This document shows positions 1 through 10,900 of a DNA stretch of 64,000 bases, piece by piece (positions within the stretch are counted from its first letter, which is position 1; the number at the start of each line of letters is the position of its first letter). The notes beneath the pieces were generated by a model that was given only the letters and a program-made list of their open reading frames with translations, had not been told where the DNA came from and ran no database searches. The stretch is taken from NCBI GenBank assembly GCA_040235505.1, contig JBECKW010000112.1, forward strand, positions 3,625 through 67,624. The letters are read 5' to 3'. Source of the stretch: Desulfobacterales bacterium (GTDB lineage Bacteria > Desulfobacterota > Desulfobacteria > Desulfobacterales > JAFDDL01). Made by a program: the position numbers and the translations under genes.

Positions 1-1137
1 GAGGGGGGTATGGGGGTAGATTCGGATTCCAACGGTAATTCGCATCAATTCAAAATCAAGACTCTGGACAAAAGCAAGGCTTTTTTCTACGGTCGCGCGG
101 GTTTCTCCGGGGCCGCCCAGCAGTAGAAATCCCATCCGCAAAATGCCGCCGGCTTTGAAGAGATTTGAAAGCCGGATGATCGTGGTCAGGTCGGTCCGTT
201 TGTTCATCTGTTTCAATATGCCTTCGTCACCGCTTTCAAAGCCCAGGGAAATCCTGACGCATCCGGCCTTCGCCATTTTCTCCACCAGTTCTTCATCCAC
301 GAAATTCGGGTAGATGATGGCCTGCCATCGGATATCGAGACCCGAAGCGATGATGGCGTCGCAGATCGTTTTCGCGTAGGACATGGGAATATTGAAGGTG
401 TTATCGACGAAAAAGAATTGGGTGAGGCCGGCATCCACATGGTGGCGGAGAGCTGAAACGACACTTTCGGGGGACCTTTTCCGAAGTCGGGTGCCTTCGA
501 TGAGCGGCGTGGAACAGTAACTGCAGACCATGGGGCATCCCCGCCGGGTTTGAAAAGGAAGCCATATATTTTTAGGATCGAAACCTGGATGGCTCGATAG
601 CGACCGGTCGGGGTCCGGCAGCGGGTAGGCATCAAGGAGTTTGACGGGTTCCGGGTTCCGTGCCGGACGGCCGTCCGAAAAGTAGAGGCCGGGGAGATCC
701 GGGACCGGCTCCTTCCTTGCCAGATGGGACAGCAGCCTGACAAATACTTCCTCCCCCTCGCCCCGGATTCCAAAATCCGCCCCCAGGTAATCCAGGACGC
801 TTTGGGGAAAAATGCTGTAGCCGGCGCCGCCGAGAATCACCGGGGCATTCGAAAGTCTCCGGCAGGCCGACATCACCGGTTTGACCGCATCCAGAAGGAA
901 GCGGGGAGATTCCCTGGACTGGTCGTCGATATTTCGAACCGAAATGCCGATAGCTTCCGGGCCGAACTCCCGGATGGCGCCGGGAAGGAGTTCGTCGATG
1001 TCCGCCCTCGTCATCAAGTTGAGGGCCCGAACCGAATTCCCCGCCCGCCGGGCGGCCTCTTTCACGCAGGCCAGTCCCAGCGGCATCACCGGCATGTTGA
1101 TCTGCTCTGTATTTGCGGAGATTAGAAGGACTTTCAT
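1..1137 (-). CDS. B12-binding-domain radical SAM protein (C-terminal part runs off the left edge)
   Basis: Open frame from the ATG at complement 1135-1137 down to position 1 with no stop. It is absent from the ORF track because it is truncated. My translation reads MKVLLISANTEQINMPVMPLGLACV..., then RRGCPMVCSYCS (CxxxCxxC radical-SAM cluster), then GFESGDEGILKQMNK. Track ORFs 213..773 and 632..1270 are off-frame shadows. Confidence 0.8.
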   Translation of the reverse strand, partial: MKVLLISANTEQINMPVMPLGLACVKEAARRAGNSVRALNLMTRADIDELLPGAIREFGPEAIGISVRNIDDQSRESPRFLLDAVKPVMSACRRLSNAPVILGGAGYSIFPQSVLDYLGADFGIRGEGEEVFVRLLSHLARKEPVPDLPGLYFSDGRPARNPEPVKLLDAYPLPDPDRSLSSHPGFDPKNIWLPFQTRRGCPMVCSYCSTPLIEGTRLRKRSPESVVSALRHHVDAGLTQFFFVDNTFNIPMSYAKTICDAIIASGLDIRWQAIIYPNFVDEELVEKMAKAGCVRISLGFESGDEGILKQMNKRTDLTTIIRLSNLFKAGGILRMGFLLLGGPGETRATVEKSLAFVQSLDFELMRITVGIRIYPHTPL

Positions 1138-1218
1138 GGCAATACCATAGCACGAAAACAGGTGCGGTGCACGGGTGTTTCAGAGCCTCTATTTCAGAGC
1201 CTCGGAAAGACGCGGCCC

Positions 1219-4128
1219 TTATTTCGAAACCTCCCTCACTGCCTTTCGCTGGAGGCGTTGGAGGGGCCACCCCTCCGCCGCAAACTGGCTGGTGGTGCCG
1301 GTGGGCAGGCTCATGCTGATATTGGTTGTAAAGTCAATGCCTGTCATGTCTCCATCGATCGTCAGCGTGGTGGGCTGGTCCACGGAAAGGTAGGCCCCGC
1401 AGGATTCCCCCTCGTCGCAGATGTAGTCGTCGTTGTTCGGATCCGTGCCGGCATATACGAGATACGAATCGCCGTAGGAAAGGCCCGAAAATTCATATGA
1501 ATACTGCCCGCTGCTGTCCGGAGCCACGCCGACGGTGTCGATGGTGGACAGGGTGTCCGGGTCCAGCAGTACGACATAATGGTATCCACCGTCCAGCGAT
1601 ACGGCGGCGGTCCCCACCTGCATGGAAACCGAAACCGTGGTTTCCTCCCCGTCGGTGGATTCAAAAGTGACCTTGCCGGTATAGGTTCCGTCGGAAAGCG
1701 AGCTGCGGTCCGCGGCGACGGTATAAGTGCCCAGTCCGGTATCGCTGTCCACGTCCGAGGGGGTGACCGTCAGCCATGATGAATCCGAGGTGTAACTGCT
1801 GAGGGTCAGGGCCTCGCCGCCCCCGCCGTTTTTAACCGTCACATCGGTACTCTCAATGAAGCTGCCGAAACTCAGGGTGCTCGGAGTGACCGTGAGGATG
1901 GCCGGAAGCCCGCCGCTGTCACCACCCTCCTTTGCGATCAAGACCGCCTTGTAAGCGTCGATCAGCCCATAACCGTATTTGTCGTCCCGGCCCGAATCGC
2001 CGAGATCCTGGGTCAAGTACCCCCCCTGAAGCAGCGCGTCGAATTTATCCGGCGTCAGGCCGCTGTAAAGCGATTTCATCAGGGCCGCCACACCGGTAAC
2101 GTGCGGGGCCGCCATGCTGGTACCGATCATAGTGCCATAGATCATCTCGATAGTTCCGCTACTGTCGTCCCCGAGGGTGCTCCACACCCAGTCCGGGACC
2201 CCGTCCCCGTTTTGGTCGAGCTGGGAGCCCCCGGGAGCCGCCACGTCGATGGTGCTACCGTAGTTGGAATAGGGAGCCAGGGATTCGTCGTACCCCACCG
2301 CACTCACCGATACCACGCCGTCATAGGCCGCCGGGTACGTCTTGGTTGTGCTCCCGGTGTTTCCGGCGGCCGCAACGATGATGACGCCCTGGGCCCGGGC
2401 TTCGGCATATACTTCGGCTTCGGTCTCGGAGTAGCCGGTGCCCCCCAGGCTCAGGTTGATGATGTCCACGGGAGAGTCCAGTTGAATCCCGCTGTAATCG
2501 GTCGCAAGTCCCGCCGCATATTTCACCGCCTGGATGATATCGTAGGAGGTGCCCCCTCCTTTGCCCAGGACCCGCAAGGGCATGATTTTCACCCCCCATG
2601 CGACCCCCGCCACCCCGATGGCGTTGTTCGAGGCGGCGGCAATGGTCCCGGCCACGTGGGTTCCGTGGAAGGAACTCCCTCCCACATCGCCGTCCCCGGG
2701 ATCGTCGGGATTGTCATCGACGCCGTCTCCGTCCTGGGAAGTGTCCGGATCCGAAATAAAATCGTAGCCGGCCACAAGCTGCCCCTGCAGGTCCGGGTGC
2801 TTCAGCAACACACCGGTATCAATCACCGCCACCACCACGTTGCTGCTGCCGGTGGTCACGCTCCATGCTTTCGGGAGGTTTATCAGCGGATAGTTCCACT
2901 GTTTGGAATAGATGGGGTCGTTGGGCACCGTGAAGGCCTTTCGGATATAGTTGGGTTCCGCGATTTCGACGTCGGATTGTTTTCGAAGCCCCCGGATCAT
3001 CCAGAGGGTCTCGAGTTTGGCGGTGGTTTTCGAATCCGCTTTTCCCGCCGCCAGACTATGGGCCAGGCTAGCCTGGACCCCCAGCCGGGCAAACAGCGTG
3101 GCTTTCCCCACGGAATCGCTCCGGGCCAGAAGCCGGTCAAGCCCCGCGGTGCCCCCCTTGTCGGCAAAGCCAAGCGTCGATATGGTGGTTGCGGCCATGG
3201 CGGTGGCGGAAACGTTTCCCGTCGTGCCGTCCTTGAATCGCACCAGCACCTCTCCCGGGACAAAGTCGTCGCTCAGCCGGAGCGGGTATTGGGCGCTTGC
3301 GGAACCGGACTGCCCAAGAATCAGGACGTAGATGGACGCCCCTTCGGTGGCCGACACCCGGATGTAATAGGTCCCGTCGGAGGGCACGGTGAGGGAATCG
3401 ATCGCCCCCACGGTGAGGGATGCATCCACCGGCGTACTTGTGTCATTCGATGCATAAAGATACAGGCTCAGGTCGTCATTGGCCGAGTATTCCGCTGTAT
3501 AAAGGGTAATGTTCGTACCCCTCGTAAGGGTTGCCTTGAAATAATCGTCTTCATCTCCGGATGTGAACGAGCGGCCCGACGGTCCTTCACCGGGCAGGTT
3601 CACATACCCGCTGACCGAACAGGGCGATGAAATCGACTGAGCCTCGGCGGGCGTGTCGTTGGGAACATAATCGGCGTAAATATCATTGACGTCGCTGTCC
3701 GCCACCACGTATTCGGCGGATGTCACCGTGCCGCTGAGGCTGTATTGGGGTTTTACATCGATGTCGTGGGTTGCGGTGGCGCTCTTGCCGCCGTTGTCGG
3801 TAACGGTCAGCTCCGCCGTGTAGGTACCGGCTTCCGAATAGGTGTGGTCCGCGCTTACCCCGGTCCCGGTACCACCGTCCCCGAACGTCCATGCATATTT
3901 GCTGATACTGCCGTCGCTGTCGGTGGAAGCCGACGCATCGAAGGTGACTTCCAGCGGGTAGGAGCCGGAATCGGTGGAGACCGTAAAGCTCGCCTCGGGG
4001 GCGATGTCTTTCGATCCGGAAGAACCGCAACCCATCAGTATCAGGGTCAGAAACAGGAGGCCGAGCAAAACGCTTCGTCCGGAGTGCGCAGCCCGGGTGT
4101 GGATATATCGGGGAGGTCTTGTTTTCAT
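1219..4128 (-). CDS. Secreted multidomain subtilisin-like (S8) serine protease, probable lipoprotein, with PKD and PPC-like domains
   Basis: 969 aa. Leader ends LILMGC (lipobox-like). PKD-type repeat (VTFDASASTDSDGSISKYAWTFGDG...YTAELTVTDNGG). Catalytic motifs VAVIDTGV, HGTHVAGTIAA, GTSMAAPHVTGVAAL. Confidence 0.9.
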   Translation of the reverse strand: MKTRPPRYIHTRAAHSGRSVLLGLLFLTLILMGCGSSGSKDIAPEASFTVSTDSGSYPLEVTFDASASTDSDGSISKYAWTFGDGGTGTGVSADHTYSEAGTYTAELTVTDNGGKSATATHDIDVKPQYSLSGTVTSAEYVVADSDVNDIYADYVPNDTPAEAQSISSPCSVSGYVNLPGEGPSGRSFTSGDEDDYFKATLTRGTNITLYTAEYSANDDLSLYLYASNDTSTPVDASLTVGAIDSLTVPSDGTYYIRVSATEGASIYVLILGQSGSASAQYPLRLSDDFVPGEVLVRFKDGTTGNVSATAMAATTISTLGFADKGGTAGLDRLLARSDSVGKATLFARLGVQASLAHSLAAGKADSKTTAKLETLWMIRGLRKQSDVEIAEPNYIRKAFTVPNDPIYSKQWNYPLINLPKAWSVTTGSSNVVVAVIDTGVLLKHPDLQGQLVAGYDFISDPDTSQDGDGVDDNPDDPGDGDVGGSSFHGTHVAGTIAAASNNAIGVAGVAWGVKIMPLRVLGKGGGTSYDIIQAVKYAAGLATDYSGIQLDSPVDIINLSLGGTGYSETEAEVYAEARAQGVIIVAAAGNTGSTTKTYPAAYDGVVSVSAVGYDESLAPYSNYGSTIDVAAPGGSQLDQNGDGVPDWVWSTLGDDSSGTIEMIYGTMIGTSMAAPHVTGVAALMKSLYSGLTPDKFDALLQGGYLTQDLGDSGRDDKYGYGLIDAYKAVLIAKEGGDSGGLPAILTVTPSTLSFGSFIESTDVTVKNGGGGEALTLSSYTSDSSWLTVTPSDVDSDTGLGTYTVAADRSSLSDGTYTGKVTFESTDGEETTVSVSMQVGTAAVSLDGGYHYVVLLDPDTLSTIDTVGVAPDSSGQYSYEFSGLSYGDSYLVYAGTDPNNDDYICDEGESCGAYLSVDQPTTLTIDGDMTGIDFTTNISMSLPTGTTSQFAAEGWPLQRLQRKAVREVSK

Positions 4129-4506
4129 TTTTCTATCACCATTTCAAAAAAAACGGTGCCCGGTGGCTTCAACACCCGCTTTCCGGTTGCCCGAAGCGGA
4201 AGTGCCTGCCAGGCGCCTTAAACCCTGCAGGAATCCCTCAACAGGCTTCCCGCCAAATTCCGCCTGTCCGCCGGCAGCAACGCCGACATTGCAACCCACC
4301 AACACGTTAACGGTGCAGGATGTAAATTGTTACACCCCGGGCCGGATTCTCTCCGTAGTTTCTTTTATATCATTTTGCAGCCTTACAGGGAAAGGCGGGT
4401 CTTCAAAGGCCCTTCCGGGTTCCGATGACCTGCGTCGATGCCTGGTTTCGGACTTGAACGCAAGCTTTTGTAATATTTAGGTTGTATCCGCTCCCGTTCG
4501 GGGGGT

Positions 4507-7329
4507 ATGATGAAAGCCGTTGGAACCATGTCGAAGATCCCGATGTCGGGAAATTTTAAACCCCGAACCATCATAGGAGAACGCCAAATGGAAATAAGCC
4601 CTCGGACCTTTCGAACCCGGCGCTGGCTGCTGGTACTGATTCCTTTTCTTCTGATCGTCGCTCTCGTCAAAAGTTCCGATTTGATCCAGGACTGGATCTG
4701 GATGAGCCAGGTCGGGTATGGCGAGGTGTTCCGGCGTATTTTTTCCATCAAGCTGATGTTGGCCATACCGGCCTTTGTGATCTCCTTTCTATTCCTGTGG
4801 CTTAATCTTCGAATTGCGCTGGCCGGTATATTGCGGCAACAAGGCAGAGTTTCCGAAGGTAACGTGGTGCTTTATATGAAACAGGGTGCAGTGCTGTCTC
4901 CCGGTGTCTCCAAGGCGGCGGTGATGCTGGTTTCGGCGGTTCTGGGCGTCGGGTTTGCCGTTGCGTTTTACGTCCGGTGGGATGTTTTCCTGCGGTTTCA
5001 CTGGGGCGGCGCGTTCGGGCAGAGTGATCCGATATTCGGTAAGGACATCGGGTTTTACCTGTTCCACCTTCCCTTTTATGAAATCATCCAGAATTCGTTT
5101 TCGGGGCTCACGGTCCTCGCTCTGGCGGCTGTCGGGCTTACCTATTCCCAGTTCGGTCTGCTTCAGCCGGGAATGCTTCAGGCCGGTCATGCGGATCGGA
5201 AGATTTTCGGACATCTTTCGCTTCTCCTGCTTTTCTTTATGGCAAGCTGGGCCTGGGGAATTTACCTGGATCGCTTCGAACTGCTCTACTCCACCCGGGG
5301 CGTGGTGTACGGAGTCGGATATACCGCCTTTCACGCGGAGCGCATCGGCCTCTGGGTCATGCTGATCGCTACGGTCATTCTGGGGGCATTTATCCTTATT
5401 TGCGTTTTAAAACGTAGATTCGTTCTGGTTTTAATGGGAGCGGGGGGATATTTTGTTCTCTACTTCCTGGTCCTCGTTCTGCTGCCCGGTGTCATCCAGA
5501 AATACAAGGTCCAGCCCAACGAATTGCAACTCGAAGCACCCTTTCTGAAAAACAATATCGCCTTCACCCGCAAGGCCTTCCAGCTCGACCGGATCACGGA
5601 AAAAGCCTATCCAGCCCTGAGCGACATTACCTACAAGGATATTCAAAATCACGAGGACACCATTCAGAACATCCGCCTCTGGGATTGGCGCCCCATCCTT
5701 CAGACCTACCGGCAGACCCAGGAAATCCGGCTTTACTACCAGTTCGACTCGGTGGATGTGGACCGGTATCATCTGGCGGACGGCGGCACCCAGCAGGTCA
5801 TGCTGTCTGCGCGGCAACTGGCTTCACAACTGCCTGAGAAGGCGCGGACATGGGTGAATCAGAACCTGCAGTTCACCCACGGCTACGGACTGGTGATGAG
5901 CTTTGTTTCGAAGCAGGCCGAAGGCGGGCTCCCCGTCTATGTGCTCCAGGATATTCCGCCCAAATCCGACTACGGCCTCAAGGTCGATCAGCCGGCCATC
6001 TACTACGGAGAAGAGATGCCCGGCTACAGGATTGTGGCGACCCAGATCAAAGAGTTCGACTATCCGAAGGGAAACGATAATGTCTACACACAGTATGCCG
6101 GAAAAGGCGGCATCCCCCTGAATCATTACTGGAAAAAACTGCTGTTTGCGTGGACTCAGTCGGACATCAACATCCTGTTGACCGGCTACCTGACGCCGAA
6201 AAGCCGCATCCAGATCTATCGGGACGTCCAGACCCGGGTGCAGAAAATCGCCCCGTTTCTGGGCCTCGACAGCGATCCGTACCTCGTGCTGGCCGACGGG
6301 AAACTCTACTGGATCCAGGATGCCTATACCCTGTCGGACCGCTATCCTTATTCCCAGCCCACCGACGTTTCCCAAACGAAAATCAACTATATTCGAAACT
6401 CCGTCAAAGTGGTGGTGGATGCCTATAATGGTACCGTGAACTTCTACGTGAACGACACCGCCGACCCGGTTCTCAAGCTATACCGAAGCGCATTTCCCCA
6501 CATGTTCGAGCCCCTGGAAAGCATGCCGGAAGCGCTGAGATCCCACCTGCGCTATCCCCAGGACCTGTTCAAGATCCAGGCCAGCACGTACATGAACTAT
6601 CACATGACCGACCCCCAGGTGTTCTACAACCAGGAAGACCTGTGGACGCTGCCCCAGGAGAAGTACGCCGGTCAGGCGGTGACGTTTCAGCCATACTACA
6701 TCCTGATGCGTCTCCCCGACACCAAGAAGCTGCAGTATTTCCTGATGACGCCCTTTACACCCCAGGGCCGGGACAACATGATCGCCTGGATGGGAGCGAA
6801 CTGCGACGAGGATGATTACGGAAAGATTATCGTCTACCAGCTTCCCAAGGAGCGGCTGACCTTCGGGCCGATCCAGATCGAAGCGATGATCGACCAGAAC
6901 GCGGTCATCTCGGAGCAGCTCTCACTCTGGGATCAGCGGGGCTCCCAGGTGATCCGGGGGAATCTCGTGGTGATCCCCATCGACAATTCATTCCTCTATG
7001 TGGAACCGGTGTATCTTCTGGCCGAAGGGGTCAATATTCCCCAGCTCATCCGCGTGATCGTGATTTCCGGGAAGAAGGTGGTGATGGCGCCGACCCTGGA
7101 CGAGGCCATCGGAGAAGTATTCGGCACCGCCGCTCCTCCCGCCCAGGCCCAAACCGGAACCCTTCCCGCCGTCCTGTCGCCGGCGACAAACGAAACCCTG
7201 ATCCAGGCCGGAAAACAGTTTGACGACGCACAGAAGGCACTTAAAGAGGGGAGCTGGGAAGATTTCGGGAAAGCGATGGATCAGTTGAAACAGACATTGA
7301 AATCGAACCGGGACAAGGGGGATAAATGA
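4507..7329 (+). CDS. UPF0182 family large membrane protein
   Basis: 940 aa. N-terminal multi-TM region followed by a large soluble part with family-typical strings (LQFTHGYG, NYIRNSVKVVVDAYNGTVNFY, RYPQDLF, QGRDNMIAWM, IRGNLVVIPI..LYVEPVYL). True start may be an internal Met (e.g. MEISPRTFRTRRW). Confidence 0.8.
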   Translation: MMKAVGTMSKIPMSGNFKPRTIIGERQMEISPRTFRTRRWLLVLIPFLLIVALVKSSDLIQDWIWMSQVGYGEVFRRIFSIKLMLAIPAFVISFLFLWLNLRIALAGILRQQGRVSEGNVVLYMKQGAVLSPGVSKAAVMLVSAVLGVGFAVAFYVRWDVFLRFHWGGAFGQSDPIFGKDIGFYLFHLPFYEIIQNSFSGLTVLALAAVGLTYSQFGLLQPGMLQAGHADRKIFGHLSLLLLFFMASWAWGIYLDRFELLYSTRGVVYGVGYTAFHAERIGLWVMLIATVILGAFILICVLKRRFVLVLMGAGGYFVLYFLVLVLLPGVIQKYKVQPNELQLEAPFLKNNIAFTRKAFQLDRITEKAYPALSDITYKDIQNHEDTIQNIRLWDWRPILQTYRQTQEIRLYYQFDSVDVDRYHLADGGTQQVMLSARQLASQLPEKARTWVNQNLQFTHGYGLVMSFVSKQAEGGLPVYVLQDIPPKSDYGLKVDQPAIYYGEEMPGYRIVATQIKEFDYPKGNDNVYTQYAGKGGIPLNHYWKKLLFAWTQSDINILLTGYLTPKSRIQIYRDVQTRVQKIAPFLGLDSDPYLVLADGKLYWIQDAYTLSDRYPYSQPTDVSQTKINYIRNSVKVVVDAYNGTVNFYVNDTADPVLKLYRSAFPHMFEPLESMPEALRSHLRYPQDLFKIQASTYMNYHMTDPQVFYNQEDLWTLPQEKYAGQAVTFQPYYILMRLPDTKKLQYFLMTPFTPQGRDNMIAWMGANCDEDDYGKIIVYQLPKERLTFGPIQIEAMIDQNAVISEQLSLWDQRGSQVIRGNLVVIPIDNSFLYVEPVYLLAEGVNIPQLIRVIVISGKKVVMAPTLDEAIGEVFGTAAPPAQAQTGTLPAVLSPATNETLIQAGKQFDDAQKALKEGSWEDFGKAMDQLKQTLKSNRDKGDK

Positions 7330-7919
7330 AGTATGACCGAACAACTCGATGGCTTCATGCCGGACTGGCCCTGACCGTCCTTATTCAGCTTTTCTGCAGC
7401 CTGTTTATGGAAGTTGCCCGCCAGCAGGGGATGGCGCCTCCAGAGCCCGGGCGATTCTTTTTTCAGATTCATCGGTGGTCCGGGATCTGTGTGGCATGCC
7501 TGGTGCTCCTGCACTGGCTTCGGCTGTTGGCGGTCCGTCCGGTCAACGGTTGGGGGCATCTGCTGCCCTGGTTTTCCCGCGAACGCATGGGCCATTTGAA
7601 ATCGGATATAGTGGCAGTTCCGAACTGGATTCGAAACGGGTTCCCGGATCAGCGGACCGAAACGCTCCCCCTTGCGGGAGCCGTACACGGACTCGGCCTG
7701 CTGACCGTCTCGGCCATGGCCCTTACGGGCGGGACCATTTTCTTTGCAATGGCCCCGGAGGGCGGTATGTCCCCCCTGGTGGCTGGAATTGCCGAAGTCC
7801 ACAGCTTTTTCGGCGGTTTTATGTGGGCTTATCTCATCGGCCACGCGGGAATTGCGCTCTACCACCAGTTGCGGGATGTCCCGCTGATCAGCGACATGTT
7901 CAATCTGGTCCGAAGATAA
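7326..7919 (+). CDS. Cytochrome b561 / Ni-Fe-hydrogenase b-type cytochrome family membrane protein
   Basis: 197 aa with four predicted TM helices. N-terminus RTTRWLHAGLALTVLIQLF and conserved His positions (HRWSG, HWL, HSFFG) are typical of the family. The ATG overlaps the upstream stop (ATGA at 7326-7329). Confidence 0.7.
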   Translation: MKYDRTTRWLHAGLALTVLIQLFCSLFMEVARQQGMAPPEPGRFFFQIHRWSGICVACLVLLHWLRLLAVRPVNGWGHLLPWFSRERMGHLKSDIVAVPNWIRNGFPDQRTETLPLAGAVHGLGLLTVSAMALTGGTIFFAMAPEGGMSPLVAGIAEVHSFFGGFMWAYLIGHAGIALYHQLRDVPLISDMFNLVRR

Positions 7920-7952
7920 TTCTTTACCTCTAATCGAATTCAAACCTTATCT

Positions 7953-10802
7953 TCAAACGGCGCCGGGTGTCATTTCCGGCGCCCGGAAGCGGCTGAGCCG
8001 CAGGGCGTTGGAGACCACCGTGACAGACGAAAGGCCCATGGCCGCGGCAGCGAAAATGGGGTTTAGAAGAATCCCGAAAAAGGGGAAGAGGATCCCGGCG
8101 GCCACCGGAATCAGAATCGTGTTGTAGGCAAAGGCCCAGAAGAGATTCTGCTTGATGTTCCGGATCGTGGCCCGGCTAAGGGCGATGGCCGTGAGAACCC
8201 CCTTGAGATCTCCGCTGATCAGGGTGATATCGGCCGACTCCATGGCCACGTCGGTACCAGTGCCGATGGCAAGTCCCACGTCGGCCTGGGCCAATGCCGG
8301 TGCGTCGTTGATGCCGTCTCCCACCATGGCGACCTTTTTGCCTTCGGCCTGAAGCTTTTTCACTTCATCGGCCTTTCCGTCCGGAAGCACTTCGGCCAGG
8401 ACCCTGTCGATTCCGATCTGGCCGGCGATGGCTTCGGCGGTCCGCCGGTTGTCGCCGGTGATCATGGCCACCTCGATGCCCATCCGGTGAAGCGCATCCA
8501 CCGCCGACTTGGAATTCTCCTTGAGGGTGTCGGCCACGGCCACGATTCCGGCGGGCTTTCCGTCCACGGCCACGAACATGGGAGTTTTGCCCTGGCCAGA
8601 AAGCGACTCGGCCACTTCTTCGAGGGATTTCGAATCCACTCCCCGGTCCTGCATCAGTTTCAAATTGCCCAGAAGCAGGGCGCGGCCTTCCAGGGTCGCC
8701 TCGATCCCGCGGCCGGCCACGGCATTGAAGGCTTCCGGTTTGGCCAGGGTCAGGTTCTTCTCCATGGCCCGGCCGACGATGGCCTCGCCCAGGGGATGCT
8801 CGGAGCCTTTTTCCGCCGAGGCGGCAAGGCGGAGAATTTCATCTTCGGTAAACGGGGCCGGCGCCACAATGTCTGTCACCGACGGCTTTCCCTCGGTGAG
8901 GGTGCCGGTCTTGTCCAGCACGACGGCCGTGATCTTATGGGCCGTTTCCAGCGCCTCCCCGCCCCGGATCAGAACGCCGTACTCGGCACCCTTGCCCGTC
9001 CCCACCATGATGGAGGTGGGGGTGGCCAGTCCCAGGGCACAGGGACAGGCGATGATGAGCACGGCCACGAAATTCAGCAGCGCATAGGTCAGGGCGGGGG
9101 CCGGCCCGAACACGTACCAGACGATGAAGGTGACAATGGCGATCCCGATCACCGCCGGCACAAAGATACCGGCGATGATGTCCGCCAGCCGGGCAATGGG
9201 CGGTTTCGAGCCCTGGGCCGCCTCCACCATCTTGATGATCTGGGAGAGCATGGTGTCCTTGCCCACCTTGAAAGCCTCGAATTGAAAGGTGCCGGTCTTG
9301 TTGAGGGTGGCGCCGATGACCGAATCCCCCGCCTGCTTTTCCACCGGTATCGATTCCCCGGTCACCATGGACTCGTCCACAGCGGAGCGGCCTTCCCGGA
9401 CGACGCCGTCCACCGGAATCTTTTCTCCCGGGCGGACCACCACCCGGTCACCGATCATGACGTCCGCCACGGGGATGTCTTCTTCCTTCCCGCCTCTGAT
9501 TACCCGGGCGGTCTTGGCCTGGAGCCCGATGAGTTTCTTGATGGCTTCGGAGGTGCGCCCTTTGGCCCGGGCTTCAAGAAGCCGTCCCAACAGGATCAGG
9601 ACGACAATCGCCCCGGCGGTATCGAAATAGACCTCGGCCGCAAGCCCCTGGGCCGAAAACAGATGGGGAAATGCCATGGCCAGGACGCTATAAAGGTAGG
9701 CGGCGGAGGTGCCCACGGCAATCAGTGTGTTCATGTCCGCGGCGCCGTGTTTTCCCGCCTTCCAGGCCCCGGCGTAGAACTGCCACCCCACCCAGAACTG
9801 AATGGGCGTCTGAAACAAAAGCTGCAGGAGAAAATCCGTATTTCGATTCAAAGGATACAGCCGGTCCAGTCCGAACATCTTCCAGTACGCCAGAAGAAAC
9901 ACCGGGATCACCAGCACCAGGCCCGTGATGAATTTGCGCTTCAGTTTCCGGAACTCGGCTTCCCGGGCGGCCCGCTCCCGGTCCACCACATCCTCGGTCT
10001 CCACCGGGCCGATGTCCATGATCTCATAACCGGCGTCTTTTACCGCCTTTTTGAAATCCGCCACGGAAACCGCCCCGGGGATATACTGGACGGTGGCCCT
10101 TTCGGTGGCAAAGTTCACACCGGCGGACACCACACCGTCCAGTCCGCCGAGGGCGCTCTCCACCCGTTTGACGCAGGAGGCGCAGCTCATCCCCTGAACC
10201 GGCAGGGTCACCTTCTCAAGCCCCGCCTCGTAACCCAGGTCTTTGACCAGATCGATGAGCCCGCCCAGCCGGACCTGGGACGGATCGAACTGGACCGTCG
10301 CTTTCTCCGAAGCGAAATTCACCTTGGCCTCCTGAACCCCGGGCATTTTGGCCAGGCCCTTTTCAACCCGTGCCACGCAGCTCGCGCAGCTCATACCGGA
10401 AACCGGGAAATCCACCTTTTTCAGACCCGCCGGAGACCCGGTTGCGGGCGGGCGGCCCGCCAGCGGTGATTTTCTACCGGGGTCCTTGATGTCGGCGGGT
10501 TTCAGATATTTTTCAGGATCTGCATCGAATTTCTGCTTGCAGGAGGGATTACAGAAGTAAATGAAAGCACCCTTGTGGACGCTCATGGCCGCAGCGTTCG
10601 GGATATCCACCTGCATCCCGCAAACCGGATCCACGGCCTGTCCCCAGGATTTTTCGGCGCCGATATATTTCCCAGGGTCTTTGCCGAAGGCATCCCGGCA
10701 GTACTCGGCACAGAAAAAATAGTTCTTCCCCTCATGCTGCATCCGGGCAGGTGCCGAAGATTCATCGACAATCATTCCGCAAACAAGGTCAATGGCCATC
10801 AT
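7953..10802 (-). CDS. copA: Copper-translocating P1B-type ATPase with two N-terminal TRASH/YHS-like and two HMA domains
   Basis: Two CGM...C..C TRASH-like modules. Two GMSCASC HMA motifs. CPC ([11 protein letters not shown]), [15 protein letters not shown]. Start placed at the ATGATG preceded by AAAGGAG; the track ORF extends 18 codons further to 10856. Confidence 0.95.
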   Translation of the reverse strand: MMAIDLVCGMIVDESSAPARMQHEGKNYFFCAEYCRDAFGKDPGKYIGAEKSWGQAVDPVCGMQVDIPNAAAMSVHKGAFIYFCNPSCKQKFDADPEKYLKPADIKDPGRKSPLAGRPPATGSPAGLKKVDFPVSGMSCASCVARVEKGLAKMPGVQEAKVNFASEKATVQFDPSQVRLGGLIDLVKDLGYEAGLEKVTLPVQGMSCASCVKRVESALGGLDGVVSAGVNFATERATVQYIPGAVSVADFKKAVKDAGYEIMDIGPVETEDVVDRERAAREAEFRKLKRKFITGLVLVIPVFLLAYWKMFGLDRLYPLNRNTDFLLQLLFQTPIQFWVGWQFYAGAWKAGKHGAADMNTLIAVGTSAAYLYSVLAMAFPHLFSAQGLAAEVYFDTAGAIVVLILLGRLLEARAKGRTSEAIKKLIGLQAKTARVIRGGKEEDIPVADVMIGDRVVVRPGEKIPVDGVVREGRSAVDESMVTGESIPVEKQAGDSVIGATLNKTGTFQFEAFKVGKDTMLSQIIKMVEAAQGSKPPIARLADIIAGIFVPAVIGIAIVTFIVWYVFGPAPALTYALLNFVAVLIIACPCALGLATPTSIMVGTGKGAEYGVLIRGGEALETAHKITAVVLDKTGTLTEGKPSVTDIVAPAPFTEDEILRLAASAEKGSEHPLGEAIVGRAMEKNLTLAKPEAFNAVAGRGIEATLEGRALLLGNLKLMQDRGVDSKSLEEVAESLSGQGKTPMFVAVDGKPAGIVAVADTLKENSKSAVDALHRMGIEVAMITGDNRRTAEAIAGQIGIDRVLAEVLPDGKADEVKKLQAEGKKVAMVGDGINDAPALAQADVGLAIGTGTDVAMESADITLISGDLKGVLTAIALSRATIRNIKQNLFWAFAYNTILIPVAAGILFPFFGILLNPIFAAAAMGLSSVTVVSNALRLSRFRAPEMTPGAV

Positions 10803-10900
10803 ACAACTCCTTTCCGGGGGAGAATTCTCCAAATTAATTGAAGAATTTTGTCGCAACCTCCAGCATAGTGTATCACAACCGAAAGCATCCTGTCATGGAT

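Noticed and set aside
213-1270. Track ORFs 213..773 (-) and 632..1270 (-), 186 and 212 aa
   Set aside because: Both are off-frame shadows of the radical SAM gene (1..1137, -). Their translations are Arg/Pro/Gly-rich nonsense, while the third minus frame gives a clean CxxxCxxC radical SAM protein.
2101-3630. 509-aa plus-strand ORF inside the protease gene
   Set aside because: It is antisense to a protein with unmistakable S8 catalytic motifs. Its composition (G/R/H/P-rich, no motifs) is typical of antisense frames in GC-rich DNA.
7959-7983. GGCGCCGG/CCGGCGCC hairpin at the copA 3' end as a terminator
   Set aside because: It lies within the last copA codons and the following tract is only weakly U-rich. 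This was not convincing enough to call.
8487-10469. 660-aa plus-strand ORF opposite copA
   Set aside because: It is an antisense shadow of a fully motif-supported P-type ATPase. The translation is low-complexity and G/R/H-rich.
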